A DNA stretch of 64,000 nt from Chloroflexota bacterium (lineage in GTDB: Bacteria > Chloroflexota > UBA11872): NCBI GenBank assembly GCA_963667925.1, contig OY764080.1, positions 2,641,310 through 2,705,309 of the forward strand, given 5' to 3'. How positions within the stretch are numbered: position 1 is the first letter of the stretch; every line of letters starts with the position of its first letter. The notes under the pieces were generated by a model. It was not told where the DNA came from. It was given only the letters and a program-made list of their open reading frames with translations, and did no database searches. The translations under genes were made by a program, and so were the position numbers. Shown here one piece after another: positions 1 through 8,978 of this stretch.

Positions 1-6
1 TTCCGC

Positions 7-1272
7 CTAGTGCATCAACCCCAACTCCCGATCCGCAACGTCCTGGTACTCGCTCAGCGACCCATCCACCACTTCCCGCAGCGTCACCGGCCGCCCCGCC
101 TCCGACGACTCATGCGCCGCCATCACCAGCGCCACCGCCGCCAGTCCAACCTCCGCGTCAACCTCAACCTTCCCGTCACCGTCGATCGCATCCAGCAACT
201 CCGCCATCTCAATCGCAATCAGCTTCAGATCCGCGTTGCTCCCCACGTTGCTGTGATCGTTGTCATACCGGGCCAACCGCTCCCCGCCAAAAAACCGCGC
301 CGTCCGGTCATCCAACCCAAAGTCCGGCGCCAGCCCCAGAACTTCATCGTCCGGCAACGCCTCCTTCGACCGCCCCAGGAACACCTCCAGCGGCGCCCCC
401 TGCCGCACTCCCGGCATATCCACCTGTCCCTCGCTCCCCCAAAACGTGAACCTCTCAAACCCCGGCCCCTGCGCCGCCTGCTCATACAACCACTGCCCCA
501 GCGCCCCATTCGCGTACTCGTACGTCGCCAGCAACACGTCCGGCGCGTCCGCCTGCTCGCTCTCCGGGTACTCGGCCGAATAGTGCTCATGAAACGGCTT
601 CACCTTCTCGTCCCGGTAAAACCGCAGCGGCTCCCGCAGCCGCACCTGCCCGTGAACCTTGTCGATGTCACCACCCAAATACAGGTGCAGATCCGCGTTA
701 TGCACCCCCGCCTCCAGCAGCGATCCACCCTGCACCCGCTTGAACTGCCATCCACCGGCCGTGGCCCCGCGACCGCCTCCGGCCGAGTAGTCCACCACCG
801 TCCGCAGCTCACCAATCCCGCCGGCGTCCAATACCGCCCGCAGCAATCGCGCAATCGGGTCCCGCCGGTAGTTCTCCGCCACCGACAGCACTCGCCCATT
901 GCGTTCCGCCGCGCTCTGCATCGCCCGGCAAGCCCGCACCCCCGGTGCCATCGGCTTCTCGCACAACACGTGCAACCCGGCCGCCGTCGCCGTCTCCACC
1001 ACCACGTGATGCGCCGCAGCCGCCACCACGACGTCGACGACGTCCAAATCCGGCGTCGCCGCAATCGCGTCCTCAATCGACGTAAAGCACGCCGGCCGCG
1101 TTCCCAGGATCTCCTCCGCCTCCCCCGCCAGGAACTCGGCCCGCTCAATTTCCCGGTCCACCACAGCCGCCAGCTCCAGCCGCCCCGGCTCAAAGTCCTC
1201 CAGCGTCCGATACGCCCGCATATGCCGCCGCCCCATGCCCCCGCACCCCGCCAACACCAGTCGTCGTTTCAT
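7..1272 (-). CDS. Gfo/Idh/MocA family NAD(P)-dependent oxidoreductase
   Basis: 421-aa ORF. N-terminal Rossmann motif LAGCGGMGRRH; family-typical length and composition; ATG at 1272. Confidence 0.8.
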   Translation of the reverse strand: MKRRLVLAGCGGMGRRHMRAYRTLEDFEPGRLELAAVVDREIERAEFLAGEAEEILGTRPACFTSIEDAIAATPDLDVVDVVVAAAAHHVVVETATAAGLHVLCEKPMAPGVRACRAMQSAAERNGRVLSVAENYRRDPIARLLRAVLDAGGIGELRTVVDYSAGGGRGATAGGWQFKRVQGGSLLEAGVHNADLHLYLGGDIDKVHGQVRLREPLRFYRDEKVKPFHEHYSAEYPESEQADAPDVLLATYEYANGALGQWLYEQAAQGPGFERFTFWGSEGQVDMPGVRQGAPLEVFLGRSKEALPDDEVLGLAPDFGLDDRTARFFGGERLARYDNDHSNVGSNADLKLIAIEMAELLDAIDGDGKVEVDAEVGLAAVALVMAAHESSEAGRPVTLREVVDGSLSEYQDVADRELGLMH

Positions 1273-1442
1273 CCGTCTCTCCCGCCATACCGACCACGGT
1301 GCAGATCACACCGTACCCGAACCACCGTTCGCGCAAACTTCGACCATTTGGAATACTCCGGGTCGTTGGATTCCGTTTTGCTTGTGCGCCGCTCTTCACC
1401 AACGTGGATTCGGTGTTCGCAAGCTCTCCAATAGGAGTGGGT

Positions 1443-3095
1443 ATGCCGAAGTCAGTGAGCCGCCGGAGTTTCGTACGAGCCTCGGCCGTTGGCGCCGTTG
1501 GCGTCGCCGGAGCCGCCGCCCTGGCAGCTTGTGGCGAGACTCAGGTCGTCACCAAGGAAGTCCCGGTTGAGGTCGAAAAGATCGTCACCCAGGTAGTCGA
1601 AAAGATTGTGACGCAGACCCAGGTCAAGGAAGTTCCGGTCGACCGCGTGGTCACCAGAGTGGTCCAGGAAGTCGTGACCCAGACCGAAGTCCAGCAAGTC
1701 GAGGTCGAGAAGATCGTCACCCAGGTCGTAGAGGTCGAGAAGGTCGTCGAGGTCGAAAAGATCGTGGAGGTCGAAGCCGCGCCGCAGGCCGTTCCAGTGG
1801 CGTTCGAGCACATCAGCGACCACACGTCCGGCCCGCGCGCCCAGTCCATGCAGTGGGCGCTTGAGCGCTACGCCCAGGTGGCGCCCCACGTCACCGTGGT
1901 GTTCACGCCCAACTCGGGCAATATCGGCGACACGATTCCCATCCGAATCGCCGCCGGCACCATGTCCGAGTCGGCCCTGCTGGACGGGTCCTTCATTTTC
2001 CTCTTCGGGCCCGACGGCGTGTTTCGGCCGATCAACGACATTCTGGCGAAGCACCCGGACTTTGACCCGGGGAACTACGTTTACCTCACTGACCAGTTCA
2101 CGGCCGACCTCGACGTCACGTGGCCCTATCGAACCGAGTGGGACACCAGCACGCCAATCTTCGGTATGCCGTACCAGCACGTGGCTGGCGGCATGGCCTG
2201 GAACATCGACATGTTCGAGGCCGCCGGAATCGACGCGCCCGAGGACAGTTGGACGTACGGCGGCGAGTTTCGCGAGACCGCCAGGCGCCTGACCGACCCC
2301 GAGACAGGAGACTTCGGCACCCTGGTGCTCGGCGGAAATGACATTCACATTTGGACGCCAATGGCCTACGGGATGGGCGCCAAGCAGCTGATCAGCCCCG
2401 ACGCCACCCACACGTCAATCTTCGACGACGGTGGCATTGACGGCCTCCAGCTAGCCGTTGACCTTGTGTTGCAGGATGAGGTTTCGCCGCCGGTCGAGGC
2501 CGCGCGCGAGCTTGCCGGCGAGTTCGGCAACCTCTTCCAGGCCGGCAAGGCCGGCATGTGGCCGCGCCGTGCGGACGGTACCGGCTACATGGTGGCATCC
2601 ATCAAGGACCGCTTCCGCTGGTCACTCGGCCCGCAGCCGAAGGGCGATGTCACCGGGACATCGGCCAACCACCGTCAGGACCAGCCGCACCTCATTACCG
2701 ATGCGGCGTTCAAGCGTGGCACGGAAGAGGCAGTTGTTGACTTCCTCGTCTACATGTCAGGTCCGGAAGTCCAGGCTCGTGTCGCCGTTGACCGCGGCTT
2801 CGCCCCGGTCAACTGGGAAGCAATGAGCACTCCCGCAGCCACGGCTCCACCGCCCCTGGGAATGGAGTGGCTGGAACACGCCCTGCGTAACTACGACGCT
2901 CGGCGCTGGCCCAAGTACCACCCCTCGTTCCTCGAGTGGCTGGCCTTCCGCGGCATGGTGCATCCCTGCTTCCTCGGCGACGAATCGCCCGAGGAATCCG
3001 CGGCCAACGCCGTGGCGCACGGAGACGGAGTCCTCGAGGCCGGCCTCGAAGGCTTCCAACGCGTGTCCGACTACTTCGGAGGCCCCACGGGCTAG
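1443..3095 (+). CDS. ABC transporter substrate-binding lipoprotein (family 1, sugar-type) with TAT signal and repetitive Val/Glu linker
   Basis: Likely start is ATG 1443 (MPKSVSRRSFVRAS...LAACGE), preceded by AGGAG at ~1431. TAT motif SRRSF followed by lipobox LAAC. Paralogous to the SBPs at 12246-13760 and 13925-15469. The ORF-track start at 1299 is probably too far upstream. Confidence 0.8.
   Translation: MPKSVSRRSFVRASAVGAVGVAGAAALAACGETQVVTKEVPVEVEKIVTQVVEKIVTQTQVKEVPVDRVVTRVVQEVVTQTEVQQVEVEKIVTQVVEVEKVVEVEKIVEVEAAPQAVPVAFEHISDHTSGPRAQSMQWALERYAQVAPHVTVVFTPNSGNIGDTIPIRIAAGTMSESALLDGSFIFLFGPDGVFRPINDILAKHPDFDPGNYVYLTDQFTADLDVTWPYRTEWDTSTPIFGMPYQHVAGGMAWNIDMFEAAGIDAPEDSWTYGGEFRETARRLTDPETGDFGTLVLGGNDIHIWTPMAYGMGAKQLISPDATHTSIFDDGGIDGLQLAVDLVLQDEVSPPVEAARELAGEFGNLFQAGKAGMWPRRADGTGYMVASIKDRFRWSLGPQPKGDVTGTSANHRQDQPHLITDAAFKRGTEEAVVDFLVYMSGPEVQARVAVDRGFAPVNWEAMSTPAATAPPPLGMEWLEHALRNYDARRWPKYHPSFLEWLAFRGMVHPCFLGDESPEESAANAVAHGDGVLEAGLEGFQRVSDYFGGPTG
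1560..1790 (+). repeat. Imperfect tandem DNA repeats encoding a [VEKIVTQVVE]n linker in the SBP
   Basis: Reiterated gtcgaaaagatcgtNacccaggt units; the protein shows VEKIVTQVVEKIVTQTQVKEV...VEVEKVVEVEKIVEVE. Confidence 0.6.
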
Positions 3096-3116
3096 CTCAA
3101 GCTCTCTGGCCAAAAC

Positions 3117-3149
3117 AACGGCGCGGGCGCCAATGGCGCCCGCGCCGTT
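3117..3149. terminator. Perfect 15-bp-stem hairpin; likely bidirectional terminator between the convergent SBP and lipoprotein genes
   Basis: aacggcgcgggcgcc-aat-ggcgcccgcgccgtt, followed by atgtttgg. Confidence 0.7.
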
Positions 3150-3217
3150 ATGTTTGGCCGCTCAAACCGGCGACAACGCTCAGCGTTCGCCAGCAGCCAT
3201 CCGCGCCGCCACGCCCA

Positions 3218-3526
3218 CTATCCCGGCGGCGGCGTCTTTACCTCTGCGTCTTTGAACTGCGACTGTAGCTTTGCTCGTTCTTCGTCAGAGATGTACCCGG
3301 AATCACTGGGCCGCGCGCCGGGAAACTTGTAGCCCCCGGCGAGTCCTTCCTTTTCGAGGGCAGGACGACTGCCGCAGCCAGCCACCGCTAGTGTCACCAT
3401 CCCAGCCGCGAGTACACCAAATACTCGGCGCCGGGCAACCAAGGCACTCACAAGCTTCGCTCCTTTGCGACCATGAACTCTCGCGCTCCAAGCCCTGCGC
3501 AATGATAAATCGTCGGCTATCACCAA
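3218..3526 (-). CDS. Small lipoprotein, hypothetical; possibly a distant relative of the 10.7-12.1 kb lipoprotein family
   Basis: Signal peptide with lipobox VAGCGS. The C-terminal SDEERAKLQSQFKDAEVK resembles the IQEQYQAKVKAE motif of the tandem family. The start codon within the ORF is uncertain. Confidence 0.45.
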   Translation of the reverse strand: MVIADDLSLRRAWSARVHGRKGAKLVSALVARRRVFGVLAAGMVTLAVAGCGSRPALEKEGLAGGYKFPGARPSDSGYISDEERAKLQSQFKDAEVKTPPPG

Positions 3527-3595
3527 CGCCGCAGGACCTGGGTCGCCGGCAGAATTCCGACGATTACGCCGTTCGGAATCCGGTTCAGCCCCAAT

Positions 3596-4966
3596 TTATG
3601 CGGGCAACCAGCGGTAGCTGTACAGGCTTGAGCTCTGAAGGTTGAATCGAAGCAGGACCTCACCGTCCGGCTGCGGCGGAACAACCGAACCGCCGCGCCA
3701 GTGCACCTCCACATCCACTGCGTTAAATGACGAGAACCGGCAATCCGCCGCTGAGAACCCTTCAACTCCCTCCCCCGTCGCCGACAGCACCTCAACCGAA
3801 GCCGCTCCGGTTTCAGCCCGGAGGTTCAACGTCAATCGTCGCGGCTCTCGCGCATCCAGGGGACCGCACACCATCGAACCGCCGAACATCTCGCCTTCCA
3901 TCGACACGAAACCGTCCCGCCGAATGGTCGCGATCCCAAACGCCCGCCGATGAAGATCCGCTGCCCCGTGGTGAGTGCACGCACCGGCATACCAGAATCG
4001 CAACCGGTCTCCCACCGGCTCCGGTGGTGTGCTCGCCAGCATGATCCAGTGCGAGTCCCACGCGCCCTCGCCGCCGAGCGGCATCACCGGCTTGCGGCCA
4101 GCCACCCGCCGCCAGCGCCTCGCGTCGTCGCTCCACGCCAACTGCACATCCAGCGTTTCCTCGGCCGTGTGATAGACCTCGATGAACCCCAGGTATCCCG
4201 GCCCATAGGCCGCCGGAAACATGCTGTAGAACTCCGTGTCGGCCGGATCGTCGTCATCCGGCCACAGCATCCGCCCGCGATGCGTCCACGCCAGCAGATC
4301 CGGGCTTTCCCATAGGTCCATGTCCCGCTTGAGTCCCTGCACTCCAGCCTGACGCTGCACGCTCAGGTACCGGTGTCGAGTCAGCAACATGCAGGTCTGC
4401 CGCCGCGGGTCCCACGCAAGCTGCATGCGGTCGCCCTGCGCGGGCAGCGTCGGCTCGACATCCAGCTTCCAATCCAAACCGTCGTCGGACACTCCCCGGT
4501 ACATTCCGCGACCGGTTGGCGTGCCGTCAGGATCGCGATGCACCTGGTAGGTCATCGCTTGATAGCGCGGTCCCGGAACGCGATCCAGCAGCGTCAACAG
4601 CGTCTGGGTCGATCCGTGCTCCCAGGGCAGGACAACGTTAGTGCGCGTGCCGTCCGGCAGGGCGTACACGTCAAGTTCCGGCTTTTCCCACGCCACGCCG
4701 TCCGACGAAATGGCCACGCATACGCCGTGAAACCTTGAACCAGCCGGGTGCGCCACATAGAGCATCTTGTAGTGATCGGCCTGCTCGTCATGAACAACTG
4801 AAATCCAGCCGCCTTGCCAGGCCGACTCCCAGGGCCGGTCGCCGACCAGAACAGGCTCAGACTCGCGGCGCAGCGTATTGACCCGGCGCCCAATCCCTTC
4901 CCGCGCCAGCACCTCGGCATCGTCGAAGAACAGATGAAGGTCATCATCAAGAAGATCGGGAATCAT
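3596..4966 (-). CDS. Glycoside-hydrolase-like beta-propeller protein (GH32/43/130-superfamily-like), paralog 1
   Basis: 456 aa. Asp/Trp-rich blades (WESAWQGGWISVV, SSDGVAWEKP, an RDP motif). Paralogous to the divergent downstream gene; weak RBS before ATG 4966. Confidence 0.55.
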   Translation of the reverse strand: MIPDLLDDDLHLFFDDAEVLAREGIGRRVNTLRRESEPVLVGDRPWESAWQGGWISVVHDEQADHYKMLYVAHPAGSRFHGVCVAISSDGVAWEKPELDVYALPDGTRTNVVLPWEHGSTQTLLTLLDRVPGPRYQAMTYQVHRDPDGTPTGRGMYRGVSDDGLDWKLDVEPTLPAQGDRMQLAWDPRRQTCMLLTRHRYLSVQRQAGVQGLKRDMDLWESPDLLAWTHRGRMLWPDDDDPADTEFYSMFPAAYGPGYLGFIEVYHTAEETLDVQLAWSDDARRWRRVAGRKPVMPLGGEGAWDSHWIMLASTPPEPVGDRLRFWYAGACTHHGAADLHRRAFGIATIRRDGFVSMEGEMFGGSMVCGPLDAREPRRLTLNLRAETGAASVEVLSATGEGVEGFSAADCRFSSFNAVDVEVHWRGGSVVPPQPDGEVLLRFNLQSSSLYSYRWLPA

Positions 4967-4990
4967 GGGAGTCGCCTTTCCCGCAGGCCG

Positions 4991-6622
4991 CGAGTGCTTG
5001 GCCGCCGCATCCTACCCAGAACGCCCAAGTCGCTTCGCGGCGTCCGACGACTGGACTCACAGCGTGGTCCCAACTCTCTTCCGGTACCATGCGCGCCAAC
5101 ACAGAGCAAGGCAACGAAGCGAAGGCGTCACATCGATACATCAGCCGGACAGCGCGACGGTTTCGTTCTCCTCGACGGAATCGAATCCACCTACCACCTT
5201 TCGCACCGAGCTTGCGAAGCCACGAAGCACCCAAACAACCCTGTCCTGCCACTAGGCGACCTCCACGAGTGGGACGCCACCCAGGCCCGCCCCTGGTCCT
5301 CGCCGACCGTGATCTGGGACGACGAGGATCGAGTCTTCAAGGCCTGGTACTCCGGCTCCGATGCGGCACCGGAAAAGTGGACCGCCATGGGCTACGCCAC
5401 CAGCCAGGACGGGGTCACGTGGGAGAAACCGCACTTACACCTGTTTGACTGGCGGGGATCCAGCGCAAACAACATCGTTGCCCTTGGCTACGGCCCGGTC
5501 CTCAAGGACAACGCAGAGCCAGACCCGGCCAAGCGCTACAAGATGTTCAAGCGCGGTCCTCGCCTGCGCACGGACGACGCCATCACCGCGCCGGTACCCG
5601 ACTACAAGGGATCTCGGGCCAACTACTCGCCCGACGGCATCCACTGGACCGAAGGGCCGAAGATCGATATCCCCGAGTGGGAAGGCCGCAGCCCCGACTG
5701 CGGAAACCTGATTCGGGACGACCAGGATCCAGACCCATCACGCCGCTTCAAGCTGATCTGGCAGGCCCGGACCCCCTTGAGTCGCCCTGACAAACCCTGG
5801 GGCCGAGCCAAGCTTCTCTGCTACGGCCCGGATATGGTGAACATCCGCAACGCGGATGAAAACCCGCTGCTAGACCCGGATGACGGGTTTGAGTATGAGA
5901 ATCATCACGTCTTGTATGCCCCCTACGGCGGCGCCTGGGTGATGGCGTACGAATACGGCTGGTACGTGCCCAATGGATACGGCATCTACGGCTCCTATTG
6001 CGCGGACATCCGATTGGCCGTCAGCCGCGACGGCCTGCGGTTCGACCGACTTGATGTGCCGCAGCCGGTCATTCCTCGGGGCCGCAACGATGAGTGGGAT
6101 GGCGGCCTGCTGGTCATCGCCGACAAGCCCGCGATCAAGGACGGAACCGTCCACCTGTTCTACGGCGGCAACGGCGAGGAATGGACCAGTTGGCCAGGCG
6201 AGAACACGCCGGCCGAATACCCGTTCGCAAGCACGGGCCAGATTCGCCTATCGCGGCTGGGTGTCGCCTCCCTTCGAGAGGACGGCTTCACCTGCCTGGA
6301 AACTCCGGACCGCGAAGTCCCCGGCTATGCCATCACGCAGACCATTGATCGCAGCGACCCCACAACCCAACTGACCGTCAACGTGAGCGACGTCCGGCAG
6401 AACCGCAGTTGGGTCGAAGTCGAGGTCCTGGACGCAACGACCGAACAACCGTTCGAAGGCTTCGGCCGCGCGGACTGTCGTGATCTGTGCACAGACGGCT
6501 GGCGAGAGCCGGTCAGTTGGCGCGGAGGTGGAATCGGCGACATTCCGGCCAACCAGTTCAAACTCCGTTTCTGGCTTTACGGCGCCGCCCGGCTCTACGC
6601 CTATGGGTTCGACGCGGCGTGA
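4991..6622 (+). CDS. Glycoside-hydrolase-like beta-propeller protein, paralog 2 (5' end uncertain)
   Basis: The ORF is open from 4814. The conserved core starts at ~5230 (PVLPLGDLHEWD...WYSGSDAAP...TSQDGVTWEKP) and aligns with paralog 1. The only canonical in-frame start outside the divergent gene is GTG 4991, so the true start may be non-canonical. Confidence 0.5.
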   Translation, partial: RVLGRRILPRTPKSLRGVRRLDSQRGPNSLPVPCAPTQSKATKRRRHIDTSAGQRDGFVLLDGIESTYHLSHRACEATKHPNNPVLPLGDLHEWDATQARPWSSPTVIWDDEDRVFKAWYSGSDAAPEKWTAMGYATSQDGVTWEKPHLHLFDWRGSSANNIVALGYGPVLKDNAEPDPAKRYKMFKRGPRLRTDDAITAPVPDYKGSRANYSPDGIHWTEGPKIDIPEWEGRSPDCGNLIRDDQDPDPSRRFKLIWQARTPLSRPDKPWGRAKLLCYGPDMVNIRNADENPLLDPDDGFEYENHHVLYAPYGGAWVMAYEYGWYVPNGYGIYGSYCADIRLAVSRDGLRFDRLDVPQPVIPRGRNDEWDGGLLVIADKPAIKDGTVHLFYGGNGEEWTSWPGENTPAEYPFASTGQIRLSRLGVASLREDGFTCLETPDREVPGYAITQTIDRSDPTTQLTVNVSDVRQNRSWVEVEVLDATTEQPFEGFGRADCRDLCTDGWREPVSWRGGGIGDIPANQFKLRFWLYGAARLYAYGFDAA

Positions 6623-6709
6623 CGCCTGCGTATTCCCGGAAGACCCGCCCAAGCAAGTCAATCACGCCAGCCCGGCTATCCACACGGGCATCGCACAAGG
6701 AGTCGTCAG

Positions 6710-7924
6710 ATCAAGATCACTGACGTCCAGCCCGTTCTAGTCACCGTCCCCGAACCATGGCAGCACGGCATTCGACCTTCGACCTACGGGCTCATTCGCG
6801 TGGAGACGGACGCCGGTATCACAGGCTACGGCGAGTCATACATCGCTTGGTACGCGCCGGAGGTCTTCCGGGCTCTGATCGAACACTTCGGCGCCGTGGT
6901 CGTCGGCGAAGACCCGTTCGACATTCACGCGCTCTGGCGAAAGATGCAGGTCAAGGCGCTGCGCTGGGCGCCGACGGGTCCAGCCATTTCGGCCCTCGGC
7001 GGCGTGGAAATCGCGCTGTGGGACATTCTTGGCAAGGCCCTGGACACGCCCGTCTACCAGCTACTTGGCGGTAAGGCCCACGACGAGCTGCGCTGCTACA
7101 CGAGCATTGCCAACGCGAACAAGCCCCAGGCCGAGCGCCTGGTCAATGAGGGCTACTCGGCCCTGAAGGTGGCCCACGTTGGCGAGATGCTTCAGGGTCG
7201 CCACATCAGCATTCCGGAACTGATTTCGCAGGAGCGCGCCAAGGTCGAGGCCATGCGCGAGGTGCTGGGCACCAGCGTCGATCTGATCCTGGACCCGGGC
7301 ATGCCCTTCAACCGCAAGCCGTGGCTGGCTGACACGGCGCTGCGCATAACCAGAGCCCTCGACGAATACCAGTTGCTCTGGATGGAGCAGCCGGTGCTCC
7401 AAACAAACATCGACGACTATGTTCGGATACGTCAACTCTGCGAGACCCCACTGGCCGCCGGCGAGAACGAAACCTTGCTTCACGGCTACAAGCCGTTTTT
7501 CGAGAAGCGCGCCATCGACATCGTGCAGCCGGACGTCACCTGGTGCGGTGGCATCAGCGAGGACATGAAAATCATGGCCGCGGCCGACGCGCACGACATG
7601 CGAGTGGTAACCCACAGTTTCAGTTCGGCCGTCGGTTTGGCGGCCAACTATCACGTGGGCTTCGCCAACCGGAATTGCTTCATGGTCCGATACCCCGAAA
7701 AGGACAACCCGTTCGCCAAGGCCATGATCGGCCAGGCCTTTAAATTTGACGACGGCTACATCTCACCCACCGGGGCGCCGGGGCTGGGCATCGAAATTCC
7801 AGACGACCTGATCGAGGCGTATCCCTTCGTACCCGACAGCGGCATCTCGCACGCCCGTTCACCGTTCCCACGTCCAACCGATCCGAAGTGGAGCCCCTCA
7901 AACCGGGACATCGCGTCGTGGTAA
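6710..7924 (+). CDS. Enolase-superfamily enzyme (mandelate racemase/muconate lactonizing family; D-galactonate-dehydratase-like)
   Basis: The ORF-track start (GTG 6800) is internal. A conserved N-terminal barrel-capping segment, IKITDVQPVLVTVPEPWQHGIRPSTYGLIRVETDAGITGYGE, lies in frame upstream with no ATG/GTG/TTG. AGGAG at 6698-6702 is followed 7 nt later by ATC 6710 (see findings). C-terminal TIM-barrel motifs are present. Confidence 0.75.
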   Translation: MKITDVQPVLVTVPEPWQHGIRPSTYGLIRVETDAGITGYGESYIAWYAPEVFRALIEHFGAVVVGEDPFDIHALWRKMQVKALRWAPTGPAISALGGVEIALWDILGKALDTPVYQLLGGKAHDELRCYTSIANANKPQAERLVNEGYSALKVAHVGEMLQGRHISIPELISQERAKVEAMREVLGTSVDLILDPGMPFNRKPWLADTALRITRALDEYQLLWMEQPVLQTNIDDYVRIRQLCETPLAAGENETLLHGYKPFFEKRAIDIVQPDVTWCGGISEDMKIMAAADAHDMRVVTHSFSSAVGLAANYHVGFANRNCFMVRYPEKDNPFAKAMIGQAFKFDDGYISPTGAPGLGIEIPDDLIEAYPFVPDSGISHARSPFPRPTDPKWSPSNRDIASW

Positions 7925-7958
7925 GCGGTCAATCGGAATCACCAGAAGGGCTTCTCAG

Positions 7959-8978
7959 ATGACCAAGATCTTGGTAACGGTTCCTGAACTCGAAGGCTCT
8001 GCTGACGCGATCGACGAGATCCGCAGTGTCTCGCCCGACCTTGAAATCGAGCAACGGACCTGTCGCTCAAATCCGGAACTCACTGAACTTCTCGGCGATG
8101 CCGAAATCCTTTACACCCTCTGGTTTCCCACCCGGCTTGATCCAAATGCCGGCCTCCGCTGGCTGCAGATGACCTCAACCGGCGTGGACAACAAGCTCTC
8201 GAATCCGGTATTCGATCCGGCGAACGGCGTAACCGTGTCCAGCGCCGCCGGCTGTCACGCCGTGCCGATCGGCGAATACTGCATCTTCGCCATGGGCCTG
8301 TTGGCACGGGGCCTGCTGGGTTTCTACCGCGACCAGCAGCAGAAGGTCCGCAACCGAGCGCACAGCACACTCACCGATCTCACGGGACTGACCGTTGGCA
8401 TCGTGGGTTACGGCCAGATCGGCCGGCACGTGGCCCGACTGTCGCAGGCGTTCAACATGCGAGTCCTGGCCAGCAAGCGCAATCCCGATGTGCGCGAGGT
8501 GAGCGGGATGGACTTTCCAAACGTCGGCGACCCCACGGCCGCGCTACCGGAGAAGATCTTTGGACCGGATGAATTGCCGGAACTGCTGGCCGATGCCGAC
8601 TTCATCGTCTCCACGGTGCCGCTTACCTCCGAGACTGCCGGTCTGTTTGGCGAATCAGCCTTCCAGGCCATGCGACGCGACGCCTATTTCATCAACGTGA
8701 GCCGTGGCGGCGTAGTCGATCACGACGCCCTGGTTCAGGCCCTACAGAGCGACGAGATTCGCGGCGCCTGCCTTGACGTCCTGCACACGGATCCCAATCC
8801 ACTGCCACCGGAGAATCCCCTCTGGGACCTGGACAACGTGCTCATCACCCCGCACGTGTCCGGCAATCGAAACGCCGCCTACATGCGGCGCGCCCAGGAT
8901 CTCTTCATCGAGAATCTGAAGCGCTACCTGGCCGGCGAATCGCTGTTGAATGTGGTGACGCGGGACAAGGGCTACTAG
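7959..8978 (+). CDS. D-isomer-specific 2-hydroxyacid dehydrogenase family protein (NAD-binding)
   Basis: GxGxxG motif VGIVGYGQIGRHVARL; 339 aa; family-typical C-terminal catalytic region. Confidence 0.8.
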   Translation: MTKILVTVPELEGSADAIDEIRSVSPDLEIEQRTCRSNPELTELLGDAEILYTLWFPTRLDPNAGLRWLQMTSTGVDNKLSNPVFDPANGVTVSSAAGCHAVPIGEYCIFAMGLLARGLLGFYRDQQQKVRNRAHSTLTDLTGLTVGIVGYGQIGRHVARLSQAFNMRVLASKRNPDVREVSGMDFPNVGDPTAALPEKIFGPDELPELLADADFIVSTVPLTSETAGLFGESAFQAMRRDAYFINVSRGGVVDHDALVQALQSDEIRGACLDVLHTDPNPLPPENPLWDLDNVLITPHVSGNRNAAYMRRAQDLFIENLKRYLAGESLLNVVTRDKGY

